Below, one piece after another: positions 26,080 to 35,850 of a stretch of DNA of 64,000 bases. The stretch is from positions 1,426,001-1,490,000 of the forward strand of contig NW_027590128.1 in NCBI RefSeq assembly GCF_964213995.1, in the 5' to 3' direction. This stretch comes from Mustelus asterias. Lineage: Eukaryota. The translations under genes and the position numbers were made by a program. How positions within the stretch are numbered: position 1 is the first letter of the stretch; every line of letters begins with the position of its first letter. The notes under the pieces are model-generated. The model made no database searches. It was not told where the DNA came from and saw only the letters and a program-made list of their open reading frames with translations.

Positions 26080-26677
26080 CACTGTCGTTCCAGATACTAA
26101 ACAAATCGGTTACTCTCTTGGGAACAGTAATGACAGAGGTCTTGCTTGATGTTTTAACTATAGATTAGGATTCAAGTTGCAAGAGGAAAATGCAACTGCA
26201 ACTCTCCCTGAAACCACTCCCCAACGAATTCCAATTATATTTGATTTTCTCTATTTCACAAAAGCACAACACATAGCTAGAGGTTTAACGTTCCTTCCAT
26301 GCAGCGTTTCATTAACTTCTCTCAACTCTCTTGCCATGTTAGTCCCCCCAGAATGCGTCATCTCACATTTTCAGAGTTAAATTTCAATTTTCCACTGCTC
26401 TGCCCATTTGATCAATCCCTCTGTATCGTACTGCAATTGAAGGCTTTCCTCCTCACTATTTACCACACCACCACTTGTTGTGTTATCTGTGAATTTACTA
26501 ATTATATCCCGTGGATCGCTATCTCTCTACTTAACTGTCTAATGATACGTTGATCTACTTAACAACTTATTATTAAATTGAATTAATTAATTATTTTCGC
26601 TCTTTGTCACCATTTGTTGGACACGGGTTCAGCAGAAAAGTCCATCGAAGGATGCAGAGAAATCAGCTGGCACTTAC

Positions 26678-26751
26678 TTGGCACAACAATCAATTGGATT
26701 CCGTTGCCAACGGTGAGTTTCTAACTACCGTCATAGTAATAAGCGCCGTGA
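26678..26751 (-). pseudogene. TRDJ: J segment J4, HGAYYYDGS*KLTVGNGIQLIVVP
   Basis: In-frame TAG, VGNG motif, donor gtaagt; heptamer cacattg with no recognisable nonamer. Confidence 0.78.
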
Positions 26752-27398
26752 CACATTGCCAGTGGAAAGTTATCAATGCATAAGGTCATTCAGTTTCTGG
26801 CTAATACACATAGCAAGGAAACTGGAACATTGCCTAATGGGCGGGATGCCTTGAAAGCTGCCATGGTGTGCGAAGAGTTCATCTTAACATTGATTTACCA
26901 CCAACAGAGGAACAATGAATCTTATACGATTGTATAACACGAAGGACATCTAACCCCAAATTCCCTTACTGCACCCAGTGGTGCACAAAGGCAGAATTAA
27001 TCTGCTTCCAGAGCTAGCTATTTTTGGAACAGTTCGCTATACTGTTGCCAGGGGCTTAGAGATTTAGGAAGCCACGCTCCATATCAAACGTGGCTGAGCA
27101 GGAATCGCTCCCACTCTTACCACCAGTGTTGGGCTGCGTTATGAACTCAGCTTCCTTGGCCATTAAGTACATTGATTAGAACTCGAACCCGACGTTTCTG
27201 GCTCAGAGGCAGAGACTTTAACACACTACGCCACAAGACCTCCTCAAATTATTAATGGCCATTATATTACCCCTCCTCCCCAAAAGTCGATACTGATTGA
27301 AAAAAAAACACGATATCGTAACTTATATATTCGAACTGTAACTTTCAATTATCCCCCTACTGTAAATAGATCAGGATGGAAAATAGTTGAGGACTTAC

Positions 27399-27458
27399 TG
27401 GGCTTCACAGTGAATTTTGTCCCTTTGCCCAAGACAAGCTTCTCAGTTTGGTAGATAG
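27399..27458 (-). pseudogene. TRDJ: J segment J3, IYQTEKLVLGKGTKFTVKP; heptamer AACAGTG
   Basis: LGKG motif; donor gtaagt; RSS aacagtg (27459-27465), 12-bp spacer, acaaaacat, lacking the essential first C. Confidence 0.83.
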
Positions 27459-27541
27459 AACAGTGATAACGGCTACCACAAAACATAGAACCAGCCACAT
27501 GAACACAGGGCTAGCTTACATTCAGTTTAAGTTAATGTTAC

Positions 27542-27600
27542 TCGTCTTAATTAGCTTCTCTCCCGAACCAAATGTAACAGTTTCCTCCTTCCCGCTCCCT
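27542..27600 (-). pseudogene. TRDJ: J relic J2, GSGKEETVTFGSGEKLIKT
   Basis: FGSG, FR4 one codon short, donor gtaaca, heptamer-like cacactt at 27601-27607, no good nonamer. Confidence 0.6.
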
Positions 27601-28748
27601 CACACTTAGTTACTACGTTTTTCACAATTTTAAAAGGCACATTATTGGATCAATAAATCGACTGTGCTTCATATTTTCCATCTCCCCTGATATCTCTCCC
27701 TGAGCAGAAGTAGGCTATTCGGTTCACCATTCAATGAGATCATGGCTGATCTGATGTGATAATCCTCAACTCCATTTTCCCACCGTATGCCCATCACCCT
27801 CAAATTCCTTGTGGATTTAAAATCTGTCTATCCCAGGACTGAATATTATTAACGACAGCCCTCTGCGGTAAAGATGTCCACAGATTAGGAACCATCCGAA
27901 AGAAGAAATTCTTCATCATCTCTTTCTTTAAATGGACAACCCCTTACTCTAGGATTATGCCTCTGGTCCTTGACTCTCCCACCAGGGAATAAAATAGAAG
28001 TCTACAGCACATCAAGGGTCCTGCGGCCCATCGTGTCTGCCCCACCAAAGGTAAACCAGCTGACTTTTCTAATCCTATTTTCCAGCACTTGGCCCATTGC
28101 CGTTTGTGATATGGCATTTCAAGTGCATATCCAAATACACCTTAAATGTTGTGTGGGTTTCTGTCAACACCAGCCTTTCAGGCACTGAGTCCCAGGCTCC
28201 TATCGCCCTTTGGGGGAAAAGTTCTCTTCACATTCTCTCTAACTCTCCTACCCCGCACTTTAACTCAATGCATCGCCCCCAAAAAGCACTGCTCATTGAT
28301 CCCTCTATTATGGGGATAGGTGTCTTCCTGTCTACTCTATCTCTGTCCCTCATTAGGCTGAAACAACTTTTACAGTGCTGTCTATCTCTATGGCTCTATG
28401 ACTCTATCGGGATGTTCCTCTTTTAACTATCTATCAATGTATCATTTAATTGCATTACACACAATCATTTCAGCAATACATCTCCTTGCCAGCTACCCAG
28501 GTGGGTTTTCATGATAAAGGCCAGTTAAATGTTTTAAGGAAACAATCCTGAATTGTGGAAACAATAAAGTTCTCATTGCTCTATCTCAATGCCCAGTGAA
28601 GCTGCTCTTTGGATTCCCAATGAGAACTGCTCACCCGTTCCATACAACAACAGTGATAATTGAAATAACACAGCGATTGTATGTCTCAATGAAGTCATGG
28701 AGGGAAAGTAACATGTTGAGTAATCATTATCCAGGATTAGTTACTTAC

Positions 28749-28809
28749 TGGGTTTCACAATCAGCCTGCTTCCATTGCCAAAGATGAGCTTTCTAGTCTC
28801 TCCATGTTA
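28749..28809 (-). CDS. TRDJ: J segment J1, apparently functional: HGETRKLIFGNGSRLIVKP
   Basis: RSS cacaccg (28810-28816), 12-bp spacer, acaagatcc (28829-28837); FGNG; donor gtaagt. The terminal TAA at the coding end needs trimming during joining. Confidence 0.88.
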
Positions 28810-28877
28810 CACACCGTTTGATTCCATAACAAGATCCATTGTGGTCTCGTCCACCTTTCTCTGTCCTTCTGCCGTGT

Positions 28878-28939
28878 AAGAAGTTTAACAACACCAGGCT
28901 AAAGTCCAACAGGTTTATTTGGTCGCAAAAGCCACACAA
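28878..28939. mobile_element. 62-bp Penelope-derived insertion with 12-bp target-site duplication
   Basis: cttctgccgtgt at 28866-28877 and 28940-28951; the insert matches the element at 30412-30658. Confidence 0.8.
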
Positions 28940-29106
28940 CTTCTGCCGTGTCCCAGTGGGGGTGGGTCAGTAATGGTGTACGCTCGGTGGGGATGGAAGG
29001 CGGTGGTGGGGAGTGGTGTTGGGAGGGTGCTATTGAGAGAGTTTGGTTTTCTCCCGTGGTGCTGGGAGGTTATTGTACGGGCGTTAAGAGAGATTCAAAT
29101 ACTGTG

Positions 29107-29419
29107 GTCCCAGATGTGCTCCGACTCAGTGCACAGTAATACACAGCGGAATCGCTCAGTTCCAGTTTGGAGATCTTTAACCAGCTGATTTTCTCGGCAG
29201 ATTCGATAGAAGCAGAAATTCTCCCCCCGGCAGCATTTTCTTTATTCTCCTCTCCTGAAGTGTGTTTCTGCAGCAGGTATTTCAGAGCCTGCCCTGCGGA
29301 CTGACTGTACCAGTGTACTGTGTACTGACAGAGACCTGAATATTCACAGCTTAAAGCAACCGTGTCACCAGCAGCAGAGGTTTGGAGAGGTGGATTCTTA
29401 GACACCAGGGAACGAGAAT
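29107..29419 (-). CDS. TRDV: Leaderless supporting TCR V-delta of NAR-TCR: DSRSLVSKNPP...LSCEYSGLCQYTVHWY...DSAVYYCALSRSTSG
   Basis: Open V exon with phase-1 acceptor; extra Cys in CDR1; RSS cacagta (29106-29100), 23-bp spacer, acaataacc (29076-29068). No leader exon seen upstream; the NAR-J donor is in phase. Confidence 0.92.
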
Positions 29420-30411
29420 CTGGAGGATAAAAAAAGAAACAGCGTTTTCTTCTGTGGTTCAGTCACTGTTTACCAGGGGAATGTGTCAATTGCGGGAGTA
29501 GCTCAGTTTTATCCGGTGTTATTATTATTTTAAATCTGATGGAACTGTATTCACTGTTATTATTATTGTAAACCAGTGGAAAATGAGGTTTTCTTTACAC
29601 AACAAGATCCAACGGTCTGGAATGCAATGTCAGAATGATGGTGGGAGCTGAATCAGCAGTGACAAACACACGGGAATAGTCAAGCGCTGGAACAGGAATA
29701 AAATAGGGTTATGGGGAAAATTCATGACTGAGGGGAAGAACTGGATTTCACTTATAAAGGGCTGCATCTACTCGAGGGGCCGAATGTCACCCTTTTGCAC
29801 TCTATGATTCAATGATGTATGTTACATTTCACTTTCTATTTCCCTTCCTAAGAGACAAACACGAGGGAACATTTTATTATCAGTGAGGCAATCCGTTCCA
29901 AGTGACTAACCCAGCTGCGCTACGTCGAAGCGCACAGCAAGATCCAACAGGGAATGACTGTGATTCATCAGCTCCAATGGGGATGGAATGATGTTGAACA
30001 TCGGTGCTCAAATGTCATTCCTTTATATCTGTTTAACACTTCCCGGGAATCTCTGTTTATTCATCTGTTTGGTTTTCTTCTGCTATCTAACTATCAGGAA
30101 CATCTTTTTCTCTTTACTTGGAAATATTTACAGTCAGTTTTATTTTGTTTCAACATTTATTTTGCGCTGTTTGGGTTCGTTGCAATCGTGGAAAGTTCTC
30201 CCAAAGTCTCTCAGTTGTCAGTTGGGTTTATTCTGTTCAGTTCCTGCAGTGGTTTTACAGTTACTCACTGGGAACTGCCTCTTCTGGCTCTCTGACAATT
30301 TCAATTCTTTTTTTGCTCTTTAACTGATTCTCTTCTGCTCTCTCTGGGCGGAATTTTTTCTCAGTTTTACGTTGTATAGAAACTGCAGAAGAGGAACAGG
30401 CAATACACCCG

Positions 30412-30658
30412 TCATGATGTGGAGATGCCGGCGTTGGACTGGGGTAAACACAGTAAGAAGTTTAACAACACCAGGTTAAAGTCCAACAGGTTTATTTGGT
30501 AGCAAAAGCCACACAAGCTTTCGGAGCTGCAAGCCCCTTCTTCAGATGAGTGACTCACTCACCTGAAGAAGGGGCTTGCAGCTCCGAAAGCTTGTGTGGC
30601 TTTTGCTATCAAATAAACCTGTTGGACTTTAACCTGGTGTTGTTAAACTTCTTACTGT
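30412..30658. mobile_element. Penelope-like pLTR fragment forming a 209-bp palindrome
   Basis: Arms 30450-30553 and 30555-30658, 1-nt spacer, two mismatches. Related fragments at 28878, 36095, 37397, 38541 and 43895. Confidence 0.8.
30559..30596 (+). ncRNA. Minimal type-I hammerhead ribozyme motif (mirror copy on the minus strand at about 30512-30549)
   Basis: CAC-CUGAAGA-A-GGGGC[UUGCA]GCUCC-GAA-AGCU-U-GUG: catalytic core, stem II and palindromic AGCU stem III, as in Penelope pLTR hammerheads. Confidence 0.6.
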
Positions 30659-31837
30659 AGATAAACCCGACCAGCCTCACCCGTCAGAAATCTAATTGAT
30701 CATTTCTATCCAGCTCACTCTGTCGGTCTATTCTGTTCTCCCTTCAGTATTTTCGAGTCTTCCCATAAATGTACCACTCGCCTCTGCTCCAAACAGTCAA
30801 TGTGACAGCGAGATCCACATTCTGGCTCTCCCTGTTTGAATTTATTCGAATTGATATATTTATTTTCTCCTGTAAATGACAACTGTCAGGAAACAAAGGT
30901 AGTTTAACTAATCTCTTCAGTGTTTTTGGACATTAGAAATAAAGTATAGGTTTAAGTCAGTTTAGTTTAATATTTCAGTATAAAAATGGTAAAACTCCAG
31001 TTATATTCATTTCAAACAAAAATGTTTTCATGTGTGGGGGATTTGGTTTCATTTTAAATTATGCCTCTTTTGACGGTGGAAAATGAGGAAAGTGATTGGT
31101 TATGTGGAGGATGTTTAGAGGAATGTCAGGTACAATTTCACTAATTTCAGTAACTGATTTCTCTATTGAAAAATACAATCTAGAACTAAACAGGGTATCT
31201 AATGTCTGAAGTCCGTTGTCTCTTTTATTCTATTTGTCTCCCGGGACAGGTATTGGATGAACTGTTGCGGTTAAATGAACTGTCCGCAGTGGCACTGATC
31301 TCATTCAACCGGTAGCTTCTTCATATTACACGGCAGGGACTGCAGTCTACTGCCCAGGATAGAGCTCTGCGATCCCACTGCCGGGCTGTTCGAGACAGGC
31401 AGATCTCCCTCGGTCACAATTAACACCGAAGGTGGATTCCAGAGTGCCGATAATTTGTTATAAACTATCAGGATTGTGAAAGCCCTTGATATGGATGTTA
31501 ACCCCGATGTGCCCGTTAAACTAATAATGACCCAAATACTGTCAACCCTCACATCACAGCCCATCCACCCCCCACCCCTCCACTTCCATCCCCACAACCA
31601 CCACTATCCCTACAGCGCTGACCGCCTTCTGCATCAGGTCTCACACTCGCTTTCCCCAGGGCTGACTTGGATCGACTCCCAAATCACGTCCTGCCCCCAA
31701 ATCAAAATCTGTAACGGATCTGTAAACAGATCCTTATCCGTATCAATTGGACTGAAACGATACAGATCACGATAATAAAATGACGGTGAACGTTAAACGA
31801 GACATTTTGTAACACGGCGGGGTTTGGAGTCACTTAC

Positions 31838-31890
31838 CGGCTGTGACAGTCACCACCGTCCCTGATCCATCGGCTTCATACCAGGTCGGA
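31838..31890 (-). CDS. NAR-TCR J segment: PTWYEADGSGTVVTVTA
   Basis: IgNAR-like DGxG motif; RSS cacactg (31891-31897), 22-bp spacer, acaagaacg; donor gtaagt, phase 1. Confidence 0.9.
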
Positions 31891-32266
31891 CACACTGATA
31901 CCGATCTCAGTCTCCCCGTACAAGAACGACCGACTACTCAACTTGACGGGAAATCATCACAGTCATTTGGAAGTTCCCATTATTCGGGGGATTTAAATCA
32001 ATAAATATTATTCAATGTTTTGAAGTCTCTGTCAGTTCAAACTGTTCTTTTTGAGGCCCCGCGTTCTCAGTAAATATCCCCAGGTAGGAGATAGTCGCTT
32101 CATATTAACCGAGAAAAATATCAAAGAAAGATGTGAGTGATGGAAAGTGCAATGTAATTAATCCAGATTGCAGCGCTAATAACATCAACCCATAATTCTC
32201 TCTCTGGGCCCTGAGAATGTATAAGGTAATTGTGCACAGGTATTTGCTCAGCTCCTTTTCACTGTG

Positions 32267-32283
32267 ACTCCCCCAATCATTTA
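32267..32283 (-). other. NAR-TCR D segment (TAAATGATTGGGGGAGT) with 12/12 RSSs
   Basis: Plus strand: ggtatttgc (32239-32247), 12 bp, cactgtg (32260-32266), D, cacagtg (32284-32290), 12 bp, atcaaaacc (32303-32311). Confidence 0.88.
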
Positions 32284-32675
32284 CACAGTGTTATAATTCA
32301 GCATCAAAACCCCATATACTGTGTGAGATGTAGGGACATTAATTAAACAGCGGGGACTGCGGTTCCCAGTTCCAGCTGAGAGACGATGATCCCATCTTTT
32401 GTTTGGGTTTGTAAGGTGGGATCAGTCATTTCCATTCTTCGTTCATCAACGCCAATCCCGGAAAGATATCAGCTTCCGCACACACTTCATGTTTATAACA
32501 CTCAGAATGTTAACGGTAATAATCAAATCCTCATTATAAACTTGACTGTGGGATTGACGGTGTGCGATGGAACTGTGCGGGTGTCAGGGAAGATTAACTC
32601 CGCTTTTTCATTTGTTTATGTGAAAATCTTCAGTGAGAGTTTTAGTATGGCGGGAAGCCAAGACCCATCACTGTG

Positions 32676-32964
32676 TTGTCGCCTTTGTAATGAGCTTTAC
32701 AGTAATAGGTGGCGGCGTCTTCAACTCTCACATCCCGAATTTCCAACGAAAATGTCTTTGTTGCTTTATTCACCGACACAACAAATCTCCCTCCGTCGGA
32801 GACCCGCTCCCGCTTTGTCCCAGCCTGTATTTGTCTGAAGAATTCCGCCCTCTCCAAAGCACGAGCAAAGAATCCACCATAGAAAACACAGGTGATGGTG
32901 AGGGACTGACATTCCTTTCTGGTCACCGCTGCCGGGCTCTGTACCACTGACTGACTGAAAGATC
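32676..32964 (-). CDS. NAR-TCR V exon (IgNAR-like): SFSQSVVQSPAAVTRKECQSLTITCVFYGG...EFFRQ...GGRFVVSVNKATKTFSLEIRDVRVEDAATYYCKAHYKGD
   Basis: Short V lacking CDR2/C'-C''; vNAR-like GGR..SVN..K.FSL.I.D..VED..TYYCKA; extra FR1 Cys; RSS cacagtg (32675-32669), 22-bp spacer, actaaaact. Confidence 0.92.
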
Positions 32965-33112
32965 CTGGAAATTAAATACAGAGAGTTTAAAGGCCCATCA
33001 GAGCTGAACCACACAACGGGGCTAAAACTCCAGACAATGTCTGTAATTGGGATGGACTGGGGCAGCTTTCTATTCAATTCACACAATGTAGTTTAGTGTG
33101 ATCAGTACTCAC

Positions 33113-33155
33113 TGGGTAAACAGACACACAGGCTGAAAACAAGAAGGATTCCCAT
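33113..33155 (-). CDS. NAR-TCR leader exon MGILLVFSLCVCLP
   Basis: ATG at 33155, hydrophobic peptide, donor gtgagt in phase 1, 148-bp intron to the V exon. Confidence 0.88.
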
Positions 33156-33489
33156 CGCTCTGCTGCCCGGAGCTGATGGTTTATATGACGGGGAGCTGGA
33201 GACTGCAGAGCTGGACTGCTCTGGGACACTGGATCTCAGAGCTGAACTGAAAGACATCAGGCCCGAACGTCGTCAATTTAGGCCACGCCCATTGTTTAAA
33301 ATAAATCTCGAGAATCTAAAGGTGGCGGGAAGCTATGAACATTCAGTCGAGGTTCCATAGTTATCGCTGCCTCGGAGCTCCCGACCCCAGAATCTCGTCC
33401 CGCGACCCCTCTGGCTGTTGCCACCCAGAGTTTGGGAATGTCCCTCTTTGTCAAAAGCAAGTAAGATTCTTATTCTTTTATTTTTTTTC

Positions 33490-34590
33490 AGTGTCCAAGT
33501 GCAGAGATGGCAGTTAGGGCCGTGATATGTTCCTCCTGCGCGATGTGGGAGATCAGGGAACTTTCTAGTGTCCCTGGCGGCTATGTTTGCGGGATGTGTG
33601 ACCAGCTGCAGCTCCTCACAAACCGCATGGTTCGGTTGGAGCAGAAGCTGGAAACACTCTCACGGGATCCAGGTTGAGGTTGCTAAATGGATACAAAATT
33701 GGCTTGATGACAGAAGACAGAGGGTGGTTGTAGAGGGTTGTCTTTCAAACTAGAGGCCTATGGCCAGCGGTGTGCCTCCGGGAATGAGTGCTGGGTCCAC
33801 TGTTATTTGTCATTTATATTAATGATTTGGATGAGAATTTAGGAGGCGTGGTTAGTAAGTTTGCAGATGACACCAAGATTGGTGGCATAGTGGACAGTGA
33901 AGAAGGTTATCAAGGATTGCAATGGGATCTTAATGAATTGGGCCAGTGGGCTGGTGAATGGAAGATGGAGTTTTATTTAGATGAATGCGAAGTGATCCAT
34001 TTTCGTCGATCGAACCAGAACAGGACTTACTCACTTAATGGGAGGGTGTTATGGAGAGTTATAGAACAAAAAGATCTAAGGGTACAGGTTCATAGCTCCT
34101 TGAAAGTGGAGTCTCAGGTGGACAGAGTGGTGAAGAAGGCATTCGGCATGCTTGGTTTCATCGGTCAGAACATTGAATACAGGAGTTGGGACGTCTTGTT
34201 GAAGTTCTACAAGACATTGGTAAGGCCACATTTGGAATACTGTTTACAGTTCTTGTCAACCTATTATGGAAAGGATATTATTAAACTAGAAAGAGTGCAG
34301 AAAAGATTTACTAGGATGCTACCAGGACTTGATGGTTTGAGATTAGGGTGCTGGGGAGTAGGTACAGAGGAGATGTTCGGGGTAAGTTTTTCACTCAGAG
34401 GGTGGTGGGTGCGTGGAATCGGCTGCCGGTAGTGGTGGTGGAGGCGGATTCTATAGGTTCTTTGAAGACACCTTTGGATAAGTTCATGGAAGTTAGTAAG
34501 ATGGAGGGTTATAGGTAAGCCTAGTAGGTAGGGACATGTTTGGCGCAACTTGTGGGCCGAAGGGCCTGTTTGTGCTGTAGCTTTTCTATC
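33490..34590 (+). mobile_element. Internally deleted CR1 (ORF1 N-terminus joined to the RT region)
   Basis: ATG at 33507 encodes MAVRAVICSSCAMWE...YVCGMCDQLQLL (CR1 ORF1 zinc finger), then jumps to RT sequence at about 33660. Confidence 0.8.
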
Positions 34591-34611
34591 ATCCATTTTT
34601 ATTTTAAATGT

Positions 34612-34756
34612 TCACACACACACAATCCAAGACCAACTCACATACCCAAACATACACACACGCACATTCAGACAAACACACAAGTTCTGAAACAAGCAGA
34701 CACAAGCAAACTCGCAAACACATACACAAACACACAGCCAAATGCACCTCTGAAAA

Positions 34757-34790
<34 letters not shown>

Positions 34791-35850
34791 ACGAGCACAC
34801 ACACACACACACACACAGACAAACAAACAGTCACGAGCACGCACACACACAGGGTCTCAGAAAAACCGATACAGGCAAACTCGCACGCATAGGCACATAC
34901 ATGGATATACACGCTCAGACACACACAGACACACACATACTTTCTCTCTCTTTCTGACACACAGACAGGCTGTCAGACAAGCACACACACACATACAGAC
35001 AACCACACAGACACAAACACACACACGCATTCAGACAAGTACAGACAAACACACACGCAAACACACAGTCAGGCAAATACAGGCACACATTTCTCAGACG
35101 AACAGACACAGGAAATCTTGCAAACACACAGACACACACTCTCAGAAAAACACAGGCATACACATGCACTCACAGACAAACACACAGTCATAAGCACACA
35201 CTCAGACAAACACACACAAGCAAACTCGTGAACATAGACATATAGAGAGAAAAACTCAGACAAACACACAAAGAAAACATATGCTCTCAGACATGCATGC
35301 ACACAGACACACACACACACACGCTGACAAACATACAGAAACAGACCCACACACCGATGTCCTATCAAACGAACACGCATATGCATACAAATTCACTCTG
35401 ATGCAAGCACACAGATAAGCACAAACTCTCAGACAAAACACACACATTTAGACACAAGTCGCAGTCAAACACTCAGACATACATACAATCACAGAAAAAC
35501 ACACACGCACAAACACACACACAAACACTCAGGCAAACACAGTCACGCACACAGCAATACATGCACACAGTCAAACATGGGCACACACATGATCTCAGTC
35601 AAACAACATAGGCAAACTCGCAAACTCACAGACACACACTTTCAGCATAACACACACACATATATACACACATGACCAGACAAGCAAACATACACAGGCA
35701 CACATCCACACACACACAGCCTCAGGCAAAACAGTCACACGATTGCAGACAAATAGACACAAGCAAAGTCGCACACATGGACACATACACATAAACACTC
35801 AGACAACAAACACAGACACACACACTCTCAGATAAACACAGAGACAAACC
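34612..35850. repeat. CA-rich low-complexity tract, about 1.2 kb
   Basis: Visible directly; source of spurious His/Thr and Val/Cys ORFs. Confidence 0.9.

Noticed and set aside
28590-28676. Possible ninth J (aacagtg, 12 bp, acacagcga; LYGTGEQFSLGIQ)
   Set aside because: No FGxG motif and no splice donor; too degenerate to call.
28837-28951. Heptamer-like cattgtg (28837-28843) and tgccgtg as a possible D-delta
   Set aside because: No nonamer at 12 or 22/23 bp and no opposing heptamer, with or without the insertion.
28810-29106. V-J proximity as a somatic or germline-joined rearrangement
   Set aside because: Both coding ends retain their RSSs, so no RAG coding joint has formed.
34540-35798. 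Long His/Thr-rich and Val/Cys-rich ORFs (also 11702-11935, 14187-15340, 58081-59470)
   Set aside because: Translations of CA/TG microsatellite tracts with no splice or domain support.
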